Shown one piece after another: positions 1-12,087 of a DNA stretch of 64,000 nucleotides; positions within the stretch are counted from its first letter, which is position 1, and every line of letters begins with the position of its first letter. The translations under genes were made by a program, and so were the position numbers. The stretch comes from Eledone cirrhosa (lineage: Eukaryota): NCBI GenBank assembly GCA_964016885.1, contig OZ024749.1, positions 53,072,001 to 53,136,000 of the forward strand, written 5' to 3'. The notes below the pieces were generated by a model. The model had not been told where the DNA came from and searched no databases. It was given only the letters and a program-made list of their open reading frames with translations.

Positions 1-138
1 TAGCAATTATTTTATTACTAAGATTAATTAAATTAGAAACTTTTAAAATGGGAGGTTTTAGCTAGATTTGGCCAGGTTGGTAGCAAAAGAGTTGTACAAT
101 TTACTTCAATTGTATTTCAATTTGTTATCTTTTCTAAG

Positions 139-260
139 GGAGTTGTTTGATGTAATGAGCACCCCCAAGAACCAACAAAAGACAGATGCACCAGATCCTG
201 CCCTTTTGATGGAATTACTTGTTCAGAAAGATAAAGAAATGAAAGAATCATTAAAGCTTG
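139..260 (+). CDS. MED4: Mediator of RNA polymerase II transcription subunit 4, internal coding exon (gene 5' end is upstream of the window)
   Basis: Acceptor ttctaag|139, donor 260|gtgagt. Translates (R)ELFDVMSTPKNQQKTDAPDPALLMELLVQKDKEMKESLKL, which resembles the MED4 N-terminal coiled region (human RELIEML...LELLIHRDGEFQELMKL, from recall). Confidence 0.93.
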
Positions 261-311
261 GTGAGTAGTTGTATTTAAACCCCTTTATTATCATTATTAT
301 CATCATTAAAA

Positions 312-562
312 GCACCCAGTCCACTCTGTAAGGTGGTTGTGCTGGTGACACAACAAAAAACACCCAGTCCATCCTGTAAAGTGGTTGTGCTGGTCACACA
401 ACAAAAAAACGCCCAGTCCACCCTGTAAAGTGGTTGTGCAGGTGACACGACAAAAAACGCCCAGTCCACCCTGTAAAGTGGTTGTGCAGGTGACACAACA
501 AAAAACACCTTACCCATCCTATGGTCATTTTGGTGCCATGATAAAAAGAACCCAGTCCACAC
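312..562. repeat. ~48-bp minisatellite (about 5 units) derived from a dispersed retroelement segment
   Basis: Repeated cacccagtccaccctgtaaagtggttgtgc...; the same motif occurs in dispersed copies at ~46350-46400 and, reversed, at ~59890, ~60040 and ~63100. Confidence 0.8.
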
Positions 563-691
563 TAAATGTGTTAATGGTGGCGCTAGTGGTGATAATGGCA
601 GTGGCTGTTATTGTGTTTTTTTTTCTTTTAATTCTGTTATTAAATTCCATTGTCAGTTTCTAAGGGTAAAACATTATTGTTGTTGTTTCAG

Positions 692-807
692 CTGAAGAAC
701 AGATGGACATTCAGAAGACGATGGATGAGTTGAAACTGGAAGTTGAGAAACGAGACACGGATATAAGGAATTTACAGAAGAACTTTAAAGAAGCTGAAAC
801 TATTTTA
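692..807 (+). CDS. MED4: MED4 coding exon
   Basis: Acceptor tttcag|692, donor 807|gtaagg. Translates AEEQMDIQKTMDELKLEVEKRDTDIRNLQKNFKEAETIL; phase is compatible with the flanking exons and EVEKRD..I..LQK..KEAE.IL is a MED4 signature. Confidence 0.95.
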
Positions 808-914
808 GTAAGGATACCATCATCATCAGCATCATTATTGTTTTAATGTCCACTGTCCCTGCTAGAAAGGGTTGGATGGGTCTATATAGACTGTGTCAGC
901 ACTGAAGCATATTC

Positions 915-1197
915 ACAACCACCTCCACCAACACCACCATCATCATCATCACTGCCACTACCATCTCCACCACCACCACCATCTCCACCACCACCACCAT
1001 CTCCATCACCACCACCACCATCACCACCACCACCGTCACCACCACCACCACCGTCACCACTATCACCATCGCCACCACCACCACCACCATTATCACTACC
1101 ACTACATATCCATCACCAACATCACCCTTCCACCGCCACCATCACCACCACCACCACCACCACCACCACCACCACCAGCACTATCATCATCATCATC
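915..1197. repeat. (CAC/CAT)n trinucleotide microsatellite in a MED4 intron
   Basis: Direct inspection. Confidence 0.9.
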
Positions 1198-1214
1198 TAA
1201 TTCTATTTCTCCAG

Positions 1215-1359
1215 GCAACTGCAATCTACCAAGCCAAGCAGAAACTAAACTCTATAGCTCAAGCTAATAAAAAGACGATATCATCGGAAGAACTTATCAA
1301 ATTTGCTCACAGAATCAGCGCCAGTAATGCTATAGCAGCACCAGTTACATGGGCACCAG
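1215..1359 (+). CDS. MED4: MED4 coding exon
   Basis: Acceptor tctccag|1215, donor 1359|gtattt. Translates [48 protein letters not shown], the conserved Med4 core. Confidence 0.96.
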
Positions 1360-1499
1360 GTATTTAGTTCTTATCTACTTCTTCTGCTCTTCTGTATTCT
1401 TTCATCTTTCTCTGTATTTGTAGTTACTGAAAGGTAAACAAAAGCTAAGCTTTGTTGCAAGAGATGTCAACATGAATGGACCTGTTATTTTATCTAAAT

Positions 1500-1775
<276 letters not shown>

Positions 1776-2175
1776 CATAGCTCGTCCCATTCTTAGAACA
1801 ATGTCTATATATTTATTTCTCTCTCCCTATCACTCCATCTCTCTCTATCACTCTCTCCATCTCCCTCTCTATCACTCTATCTCCCTCTCCATCTCTCTCT
1901 CCATCACTCTATCTCTCACTATCCCTCTATCTTCCTCTCCCTCTCACTATCCCTCTATCACTCTATCTCCGTCTCCATCTCTCTCTCTATCCCTCCATCT
2001 CTCTCACTATCCCTCCATCTCTCTCTCTATCCCTCCATCTCTCTCACTATCCCTCCATCTCTCTCACTATCCCTCCATCTCTTTCACTATCCATCTCTCT
2101 ATCACATTTCATTAGAACCATGTCACCCTCTCTCTATATATTTTGATTATTTCACATATTTTTAATTTGCTACAG

Positions 2176-2229
2176 GTGACCCTCGACGACCGTATCCAAC
2201 AGATTTTGAAATGCGTCATGGATATTTGG
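2176..2229 (+). CDS. MED4: MED4 coding exon
   Basis: Acceptor ctacag|2176, donor 2229|gtaagt. Translates GDPRRPYPTDFEMRHGYL, the hallmark MED4 motif GDPRRPYPTD.EMR.G.L. Confidence 0.96.
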
Positions 2230-2394
2230 GTAAGTAATGGCTTTTTTTTCTAGTCTGAAAATCTTTATCATCATCATCATCATTTTTATGTCTGCTTTTC
2301 CGTACTTTAATGAATCATCTCACATATTTCAGAATGTCACTTGTTAGGATGCTTTCATTAGCACTATTTCTTCTTTTTTCCCCCATATTCCTGA

Positions 2395-2590
2395 AAGGGT
2401 CGTGGGGGAGTCAGAGTCCTCAAACACTCCTTCCAGTGGGTCATGTCAGAAGCAACCATCTCCAACTGATCTGGCTGGATCTCCAAGCGAGACCAGTCAA
2501 GCTCATGGATGTTATCCAGTCCTCTTGCTCAGGGGTCTACCCCTGGGTCTCCTACTGGTTGGTTTTGCCTGTAAAAGCACAGATTCTTAA
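2395..2590 (-). mobile_element. LINE (RTE-like) 3' fragment
   Basis: Similar to 43045-43310 (-) and 30995-31292 (+); degenerate ...GRP..RW... C-terminal reading frame. Confidence 0.6.
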
Positions 2591-3044
2591 CAATTAAACG
2601 TTAAACTAGTCTAATTTGAGTGACCAAGATGATGGAATATTGAAATTTTAAAAAATCTGTTTTAGTTTTGTTTTTGTACATTCTTAGTTCAAATTGAGTT
2701 GAGTATGGATGATAGAAAGGGCACCCAGCCATAGAAAGCCTGCCAAACAAAGGGTTGAGAGGACCCTTCAGTTGTGTCAAAGACATGACAACCTCCTCTG
2801 TGCACTTGATAGAACATAAGACCTTACACAAGTGAGATGCAACCCTCCGGCCTGACTGGGAGGTCAGTAGCCCCACTTCAGTTCTGACTCTATGTAGACC
2901 TGTCCAACCCTTGCTAGCAGGGAAAACCAGACATTGACGATGATGAGAGTGATGTTGGTGAAAGATCTCTTCTATGAATTTGTGGATTTATGTTTGTGTA
3001 TGAAATTACTATTTGAACATGATTAATATAAAGGTTTCATTATT

Positions 3045-3462
3045 ATGGGATTGCCAGTATCAGTAGAGCATCAGACACCATTCTTTGCAGCATAGAGTTA
3101 TGGCCCTTTACGTTCTGAGTTAAAATCCCGCTGAGGTTAACTTTGCCTTTCATCTTTATGGGGTCAATAAAATAAATTACCAGTAATACACTGGGGTAAT
3201 TGCTGGCCCTGTGCCAAAAGTAGAAACAATTACTATGGCAGTGGATTAGCAGAGGCAGTAGAGCATCAGACAAAATGTTTAGCAGTATTTGTTCTGATGA
3301 TTTACTTCCTGTGTTCAAATCCTACTGAGGTCAACTTTGTCTTTCATCTTTCTGAGGTTGATAAAATAAAATACCAGTAAAATACTGGGGGGGTTGATTT
3401 CATCAACTTTCCCGTCCTCCAAAACAAAACTGCCGCCCTTGTTCCTAAATTAGAAACGATTA
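3045..3462 (+). mobile_element. Two tandem tRNA-derived SINEs (abundant family with core gcctttcatcct.acggggtcgataaaataaagtaccag)
   Basis: A-box-like tggcagtatcggtag, B-box gagttcaaatcc, conserved core and tail gtgccaaaagtagaaacaatt; many copies across the window. Confidence 0.85.
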
Positions 3463-3564
3463 TTATTCATGCCCCAGCATGGCCTCAGCCAGTTGGCTGG
3501 GGACACACAAAAGAGTAAAGAGTATATATTAACATTTTAATCATGTATTTCTTTTTTTCTTTAG

Positions 3565-3935
3565 ATCATATGCAAAACTCCCAGAGCAACACACTATCAT
3601 GGCAGTCATCATCATTGCAACCTCCACTGGCTCCTCCTCCACCACAACCACCATCATCATCTCTACCTTCTCTCGAACCTCCTACACCGATGTTCGGTCT
3701 ATCAGCAGGTGGTCTCAATACATCAATGGGGAGTGGTGTAGCTAGTAGTGCAGGACTTTCAGAATCTATCCGCAATCATGCGTCACGAGAGAATACCTCA
3801 ATGGGGAGTGGTGTAGCCAGTAGCGCAGGACTTTCCGAATCTATTCGCAACCATGCATCACGAGATAACGAAGATGTTGAAATCATGTCCAGCGATTCCT
3901 CAAGTAGCAGTTCGAGTGATGAAGAAAACCCATGA
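3565..3935 (+). CDS. MED4: MED4 terminal coding exon
   Basis: Acceptor ttctttag|3565, phase-compatible with the 2229 donor. Ends ...DNEDVEIMSSDSSSSSSSDEENP-TGA, matching the MED4 C-terminal motif EDVEIMSTDSSSSSS. Confidence 0.9.
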
Positions 3936-4044
3936 AGTTTTGTGTGTCAGTCCAACGTTTCCTCATGTAGCAGGTGAAGTGATGAGGAAAACTCCTGATG
4001 TCTTCATTGTAGTTTTGTCAGTCCTTATTTGTTGTAATAATAAT

Positions 4045-4050
4045 AATAAA
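4045..4050 (+). terminator. Candidate polyadenylation signal of MED4
   Basis: AATAAA about 110 nt after the stop codon, followed by T-rich sequence. Confidence 0.55.
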
Positions 4051-4155
4051 ATATTTCTCTTAACATTGTTCCAATGTCTTCACACTCTGTTGATTTATCA
4101 AATAAGATCTTCCACATTTCCATTTTTACTATAAGTAAACTTTCTAAAAGCTGCT

Positions 4156-4187
<32 letters not shown>

Positions 4188-4297
4188 TAGGATTTTTATG
4201 TCGATTTCTTCATGCTGACATGGATTGGATGAGACTTTTTGAGGTAATGTTTCATAGCTGGATGTCTTTCCAGATGCCAACCCTTTTTCGTTCCTGC

Positions 4298-4700
4298 AGG
4301 GACACAGTGTACCTATTTAAACTGGGTACACACAGGGATACAGTGTACCTATTGTAAACCAGATACACACAGGGATACAGTGTACCTATTGTAAACCAGA
4401 TACCCACAGGGATATAGTGTACCTGTTGTAAACCAGATACCCACAGGGATACAGTGTACCTAGTGTAAACCGGATACCCACAGGGATACAGTGTACCTAG
4501 TGTAAACCGGATACCCACAGGGATACAGTGTACCTAGTGTAAACGAGATATACACAGGGATACAGTGTATCTATTGTAAACCAGATACCCACAGGGATAT
4601 AGTGTACCTGTTGTAAACCAGATACCCACAGGGATATAGTGTACCTACTCTAAACCAGATACTCACAGGGGTACAGTGAACCTACTGTAAACTGGGTATG
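4298..4700. repeat. 37-bp minisatellite (about 11 units)
   Basis: cacagggatacagtgtacctattgtaaaccagatac recurs at 4331, 4368, 4405 and onward. Confidence 0.92.
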
Positions 4701-4880
4701 GGTACGCACAAAGGTTCAGTGTATTTATTAATTTTAAAATTATCAACTTTGCATCATAAATTCCAAATAGCTTCAGTTGTCTTGATATTCCTATCGGGTA
4801 CATATCTGTAGCACAGATATATACTGAGGTCCATTTATAGCTACTTTTCAACCTGGGTAACGCCGGGTAGTCTATTAATA
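4700..4880 (+). mobile_element. Possible Helitron 3' terminus remnant
   Basis: GC-rich hairpin ACCTGG-gtaacg-CCGGGT (4851-4868) a few nt before an AT-rich end; the terminal CTAG is not intact. Confidence 0.3.
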
Positions 4881-5324
4881 TTTAACAATATCATTAAGTC
4901 AGTGTTGATATAAATTTAATAGAAGCAATATTAAAAAGTAAATTCGACAATAATAAAAAAAAAGAAGCAAATTAGACAATTAATTATAAAAGGAGAAATG
5001 GAAACAAAAGAGTAATGAATTTAAGGGAGACAACTCAGATTTTTAGAAATTAAATGATTCAAAGACGCCATCTTCATGGGAAAAGGCAGCGGGTGAGTTA
5101 GATTTACCATATTTAACCCTTTAAATTTCAAACAGCTGGAAACCAGCCCCGGGTATGTCATACGAGGTTATTTAAACCTTAAGGAATTGTACAAATTCGT
5201 ACAATCTTGTGTGTTCATTTACCAATTATTTTATTATTTTGACAAACTACAAACTGGATCACTGACAAGATCAGAAAATAAAAAGAAATGGAAACCATAT
5301 CCTGAGTTATCTCCCTTATATTAA

Positions 5325-6090
5325 CTAATATTTGTTTCTACTTTTGGCATCAATTATCTCAGTGTATTACTGGTACTTTATTTTATCGACTAACTAATAT
5401 TGTTTTTTATTTTGTATCGTCTAATTTGCTTTTTAATACAGCCGCTTCTTCTGTCCACAAAGTTAATATTACCCAGCAAACTAACCCGTTGTCAACTTCT
5501 TTGCTGGTTGACTTTGCCCGTAAAATATCTGTCCACAAAACCAATAATTGTTTAGGCATAAGGCCAGTAATTTGAAGGGGAGGGGAAAATCGATTAAATC
5601 TACTCCAGTGAATTACTGGTACTTTATTTTATCGACCCCGTAAGGATGAAAGGCAAAGCTAACCTCAGCGAGATTTGAAATCAGAACGTAAAGGGCCACA
5701 ATTCCGTGCCTCAAAGAATGACGTCCGACGCTCTACCGATTCTGCCAGCTAATAATTGTTTCTACTTTTGGCACAAGGCCAGCAATTATCCCAGTGTATT
5801 ACTGGTACTTTATTTTATCGACCCCGTAAGGATAAAAGGCAAAGTTAACCTCGGCGGGATTTGATCTCAGATCATAAAGGGCCGTAACTCTTTGCCTGCT
5901 AATAATTATTTATACTTTTGGCACAAGGCCAGCAATTAATCCAGTACATTACTGGTACTTTATTTTATCGACTCCTTAAGGATGAAAGGCAAAGTTAACC
6001 TCGGCGGGATTTGAACTCATACCATAAAGGGGCGTAACTCTATGCATCAAAGCATGGCGTCCGACCCTCTACCGATACTGCCAATCCAAT
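5325..6090 (-). mobile_element. Cluster of about 4-5 tandem or truncated SINE copies
   Basis: Repeated ctggtactttattttatcgaccccgtaaggatgaaaggcaaagttaacctcggcgggatttgaac, the reverse complement of the SINE core. Confidence 0.9.
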
Positions 6091-6299
6091 AATATCTTTA
6101 TAACATTTTTCTAGTGTTTCTTGCAAATCTAAAACATTGCCTGAATCTGATGAACAAAAGAACTTTTAATGTAAATGTGGATGTGTTGTGTTTGAAATAT
6201 ACAGGAAACGTCCAATTATGTTCTTCCTTTGAACCGAAAACAGAAGCCAGCGTTAAGTTAGTATATGTCAAAAGTTGAGGTGATTCTTGCACTTAACAC

Positions 6300-6529
6300 G
6301 TGCACACATATATATATATATACACATATATACACATACATACATACATACATACATACATACACACATACATACATACACATTCATACACACACATAAA
6401 TACATATACAGACACATATATACACATACATACACATATAGACACATACAGACACATACACTTATATACACATACAGACACATATATATATACATATATA
6501 CACATACACATACATACACATATAGACAC

Positions 6530-6560
<31 letters not shown>

Positions 6561-7165
6561 CACATATATGCACATATAGACATATATACACATACACGCA
6601 CATACACATATAGACACATATATACACATACTCATATATACTCATACAGACACATACACATACAGACACATATATACACATACACATACATACAGACACA
6701 TATATATATATACACACACATCTACACACATACATACAGACACACATATATACACACACACACATCTACACACATACATACATACACACACATATATATA
6801 CCCATACACATATATACACATACATACACATACATTCACGTACACATACAGACACATATATACACATACACATACATGCATATATATACACATACACATA
6901 CACACACACATACATAAATACATACATACATATACAGACACTTACATACACATACACATACATACATGCACACCCATACATACATATACATACACATACA
7001 TACACACATACACACACGAACATATACACACATTCATACGCGCACACACGTGTGTGGGTGTGTATATATGTGTGTGCGTGCGTACTTACGCATATATGAG
7101 TGAGTATTCATACATAAAGACATATATATATACATACATACATATACACACACAAACATTGACAC
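6300..7165. repeat. Compound (CA/TA/CATA)n microsatellite
   Basis: Direct inspection. Confidence 0.95.
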
Positions 7166-7307
7166 ACAAGTAATGTTAGTTGATTGTCATTTTATCAGCG
7201 CAATCAATGAATAGTGGTGTAATCAGGCTTAAGAACTCCACGTCACTTTCCCCCACACACACGCACACACATTCTATTATTCTTTTGATTCTTTTGTTCT
7301 CACTTAC

Positions 7308-7819
7308 ATTTTACCCACAAAGCTTACACATTCTTCATAACTAACCATCCATATTGAAAACTTTATTTGTCTAAAGTTCTCCCACCCCATACACCATTTC
7401 CAAATCTTTTACATCAGAGCGATGAGATGGTAGAATCGTTAGAAGTTCAGATAGAAGAAGTCTTTGTGGTATTCCTGGCATACATTCCAGTTATCTAAAC
7501 TCTGCCGTTTAATCATTGAGTGTCAACAAGGGGCTTTAATCGTTAGAAAACAATTTACAAAGGAAACCAACGCCTTGTAGATTCAATTGAAATATTTTGA
7601 TGTAAAGAAGTTTGTTTTATTTATTTTAAATAGAGAGTGGATTTTAAATAGAGCGTGAATTAGTAGAGTTGTTAGAGACGTCTGATAGAATGTTTTGTGA
7701 TATTTGTTCCGGCTTTCTGAGCTCTCTGAGTTCAAATCTCACCCGAGATCAACTTAGACTTTTATCCTTTCGAGGTCGATAGAAAAAAAAAGTACCTGTT
7801 CACTACTGGGGTCCATTCT
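7308..7819 (+). repeat. ~510-bp segment duplicated almost identically at 49109-49616
   Basis: attttacccacaaagcttacac...tactggggtccattct is present at both loci with only a few differences. Confidence 0.9.
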
Positions 7820-8043
7820 TCCCACTCTCTCTCTCCTTCTTTCGAACATATCGGCCGTGTTCAAACCTGGCGAGAGTATTTAAAGATATCACAGACACTT
7901 CGGCGTCGCAACGACTTCATCAAGAATAACGTGGTGTGTGTGTGTGTGTGTGCCTATATATATATATATGCAAAAGTTCTATTTAAAATTGTTGGGATAC
8001 AACAAGTAAATATTTTTATAACTGATATAAAGCACTCGACAAG

Positions 8044-8097
<54 letters not shown>

Positions 8098-8175
8098 AAC
8101 ACTCATATATATATGGATGGTTAGTTATATAAATACACACACATACATTTCTGCATTGTACTGTGTCGTTTGCTT

Positions 8176-8236
<61 letters not shown>

Positions 8237-8239
<3 letters not shown>

Positions 8240-8420
8240 TCATCATCATTTTACGCCCGCTTTTCCCTGCTTGTAAGGGTGGGACGCGTTCTATTCAGCA
8301 CAGCATCTCTCCATTTGTCACCTTCATTCGTCATCTCCTCCGTGAACTTCAGCGATCTGAGGTCTGCTCTCACCACCTCCGCCCATGTTTTTCGTGGTCT
8401 TCCTCTACTGCGTCTTCCTT
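8237..8420 (-). mobile_element. RTE-clade LINE 3' end with (CAT)n tail
   Basis: Minus frame reads RSRGRPRKTWAEVVRADLRSLKFTEEMTNEGDKWRDAV; near-identical to 33450-33664 (+). Confidence 0.85.
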
Positions 8421-8463
8421 CTATTGGATTTCTTGGCACTTCTTTACCCAGCGGTCATCCTCC

Positions 8464-8536
<73 letters not shown>

Positions 8537-8877
8537 TGTAAAAATATGATTTCTTTTGAATGAAACAGTTCTAGTCCTATAGAAGTCATTTCTATATTAA
8601 ACATGATTTTTACGCTCTACTAATGTATTGTGTACCCCGATTGAAACATGGACTCACACACACAGACACACACACACACATATATATCCTGGAACTGGCT
8701 GTTGAAACGGAAAGAGCTCAGCCGGCGGGGTCCTGGCTCTTTATAATATATATATAAATATATAAATAATATTAATAAATGTAAACTATCATTATAAAAC
8801 AATATTTATTTTATTATACGTATTTCAAGGGTATCAGTATTTTGGTACGCTTTCGTCAGATAAAATAATAACTCATT

Positions 8878-8949
<72 letters not shown>

Positions 8950-8952
<3 letters not shown>

Positions 8953-9075
8953 AAAAGACTCAGGACCCCGACGGCAGTTCTGACTCTTTTTCTATTACCC
9001 TCTCTACTACTCCAAGTATCGAGTACTCTGGTCTGTTATGGTCCACCTGGTTCCTTACCACACTTCCTTCGTTAT
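8950..9075 (-). mobile_element. (TA)n-embedded short element, family D (GAGTACTC motif plus hammerhead 3' remnant GCCGTC-GGGGTCC)
   Basis: Homologous to 20240-20341 (-), 61895-62037 (+) and a fragment at 8695-8745 (+). Confidence 0.7.
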
Positions 9076-9584
9076 ATATATATATAACTTTTACGTCATT
9101 TTTCTTCAATTATTAACCCACACTTGTACTCTTTGTTGCTTTTTTTTCTTTACCTACCCTCTGCCACCAGAGTCCACTTCCTAAAATAACTATTAACCCT
9201 CCCAAAATTTATCAATTGCAGTTTAATAGTTTTAAAATTGGACTGTATTCACAACCGCACCTAGTAGACAAGGCGCCCCCTACCGAGTAATAGCTGTAAC
9301 TTTACTCGTACGACAGTTTCTCATTTCAATCCTTTCTTTTTTTTTTCGTAATCATGTTTTTATAAATAACAAATGTTTTTTTTTATTTTGAACTAAATGT
9401 TTTTTTTTAATTTTGAAATAAATGTTGTTTTTTTTTCTTTTGAAATAAATGCTTTTTTATTTTGAAATAAATGTTTATGACAAGAAGAAAAAAGGAATTA
9501 AGAAATAAATATATTTTGAACTTTAACTTTTGCTGACATCCATGATGTATTCCTAAAATAACGTTCTACAAATATTTCGTCTAG

Positions 9585-10081
9585 GTGTGTATGTATGTTT
9601 GTGTGTGTTTGTATGTATGTGTTTGTATGTGTGTATGTATGTATGTATGATTGTGTATGTGTGACTGTGTATGTGTGTGTGTGTATGTATGTATGTGTGT
9701 GTATGTATGTATGTGTGTGTATATGTATGTATAAATGTATGTGTGTGTATGTATGTACGTGTGAGTGTGTATGTATGCACGTATGTATGTATGTGTGTGT
9801 ATGTACGTATGTATGTGTGTGTGTGTATGTATATATGTATGTATGTGAGTGTGTGTGTATGTACGTATGTGTGTGTGTATGTATATATGTATGTATGTGA
9901 GTGTGTGTGTATGTACGTATGTATGTGTGTGTGTATGTATATATATATGTATGTGAGTGTGTGTGTATGTACGTATGTATGTGTGTGTGTATGTATATAT
10001 GTATGTATGTGAGTGTGTGTGTATGTACGTATGTATGTGTGTGTGTATGTATATATGTATGTATGTGAGTGTGTGTGTAAG

Positions 10082-10110
<29 letters not shown>
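9585..10110. repeat. Compound (TG/TATG)n microsatellite
   Basis: Direct inspection. Confidence 0.95.
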
Positions 10111-10112
<2 letters not shown>

Positions 10113-10239
10113 TAAAAAATTTCCTTTACTCTCTAAAAAAATTTGTTTTCCTCCCTTTTCTCCCCTCCCCCTTTTGTTTAAATGTCTTTCCACCACTCCC
10201 CCACACACCCTCGGAACTCTCTTCCTACCCACTTTTCTC

Positions 10240-10267
10240 CTGATGGAGGGCTAATGCCCGAAACGTC
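10240..10267 (+). ncRNA. Degenerate minimal hammerhead motif
   Basis: CTGATGG-A-GGGC(TAAT)GCCC-GAAAC-GTC; stem I is no longer paired. The flanks resemble family A (C-rich upstream; tactgt...tctgttt-(TA)n downstream). Confidence 0.55.
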
Positions 10268-10355
10268 CCCCCTCACTCTCAAGCGTGAAACTAATACTAA
10301 TATCATTTGTACTGTCTCTTCGTTTTTCTGTTTTTTGTTCTCTGTTTATATATAC

Positions 10356-10433
<78 letters not shown>

Positions 10434-10449
10434 TTCGTTCGTCGAACAA

Positions 10450-10487
10450 TCAACTTGTGAAATATTAGACCTGGATTGGTTAACTAT

Positions 10488-10529
<42 letters not shown>

Positions 10530-10563
10530 ATGTGCAACCATGCAGTATTCTTCTCCCCATATT

Positions 10564-10634
<71 letters not shown>

Positions 10635-10844
10635 TATTGAAGTTTCCGTTGAAAATTGAAAAAGTCATAGGAGTGAAGAGTGCTCTGTGTAAGTACCAGA
10701 GCAAAATTTAATGTATAATAAACAATACAATATAATTACCTCATTACCAGAGGTTTCCCGAATAAGACGAATACGAAAAAAACGTCCTCATTCGTTCGTC
10801 GGACAATCAACTTCTGAAATATTAGACCTGGATTGGTTAACTAT

Positions 10845-10932
<88 letters not shown>

Positions 10933-11336
10933 AAGTGAGTCCTTCATCAGTGACCCTCCAACCGTCCTCGGCATTTCATCGCTTTAAGGGCCATATGCCT
11001 CAGGTTGGTGCGAACAACGGCTAAAAAAAGTCGTTGGGACACGTAAATAAAGGGGGACGCTAGAGTAACAACAAAAGGGTTATAGCAACGGAAAGTGAGT
11101 AGAAATAGACAAGTCCCAGATCTCTATGAATATAAACTCTGTGAAATCGTGAACAAGAGACGAAAGACCATCGAACCTGGTAGAAATGTGAGCAAGGAAA
11201 GAATTTCGCCCAAGTTTGACGGGGGGGGGGGGGGAAGAGAGAGAGAGAGAGAAAGAAAAAGGAGAGAAGAGGAAGAAGATATATATATATATATATATGA
11301 AAAATATGGGGAGAAGAATACTGCATGGTTGCACAT

Positions 11337-11407
<71 letters not shown>

Positions 11408-11465
11408 TATATATATATATATGTTGATAGTTAACCAATCCAGGTCTAATATTTCACAAGTTGAT
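10450..11465. repeat. Inverted duplication: 10450-10570 versus 11298-11465
   Basis: tcaacttgtgaaatattagacctggattggttaactatcaa-(TA)n-tccatgtgcaaccatgcagtattcttctccccatatttttca is reverse-complemented at 11298-11465; a third partial direct copy lies at 10788-10850. Confidence 0.85.
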
Positions 11466-11903
11466 ATATATTTTCACATACACGCTTGTGACCTTTCATG
11501 TGCCCCCCCTGAGTTAGGTGTGAAGTAGGGCAGGAGCGCCTGTGACATTACAAAATACCAGTAAAATACTGAGGGAGTGATGGAATTGACTCCCCTTCCC
11601 TCTTCCCATTCCCACAAAATTCTTGGTCTTGTGCCTAAATTAGAAACTATTTAGTCACGGTACTTTCCGTTATGAGTTCAAATCCCGGCAAAGCAACTTT
11701 GCCTTTCATCCTCCCGGGACCAATAAAATGAAGTACCAGTAATGTACTGAGATAATTTGGTGGCCTTGTGCCAAAAGTAGAAACAATTAATTATAATTAA
11801 TCACCTCTCCTTTCTCTACACTTATTTCTCAGCAGCTTGATCGATTATGTGTGTGTGTGTGTGTGTGTTTGTGTGTGTATATATATATACACACACACAC
11901 GCA

Positions 11904-11973
<70 letters not shown>

Positions 11974-12036
11974 GTTATTCCGGGTTGAATCGGAGGTAAC
12001 CACAGTAAGTAAGGTACTCAATACATAGCAGAGTAT

Positions 12037-12087
12037 AGATTCCTGATGATTTCTAATGAATGAAACAGTTCTAGTCCTGTAGAATCT
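12037..12087 (+). ncRNA. Type I hammerhead ribozyme motif with complete stems (family B)
   Basis: AGATTC-CTGATGA-T.TTC(TAAT)GAA.T-GAA-ACAG(TTCTAGTC)CTGT-A-GAATCT. 6-bp stem I, 4-bp stem III, predicted GUA cleavage after 12081. Confidence 0.8.

Noticed and set aside
7896-7925. Hammerhead-like TTGATGAA-GTCG(TTG)CGAC on the minus strand, and similar weak motifs at 32521-32555 (-), 18965-19020 (-) and 45465-45500 (+)
   Set aside because: The core, the GAAA or stem I is too degenerate to call by eye; possible relics only.
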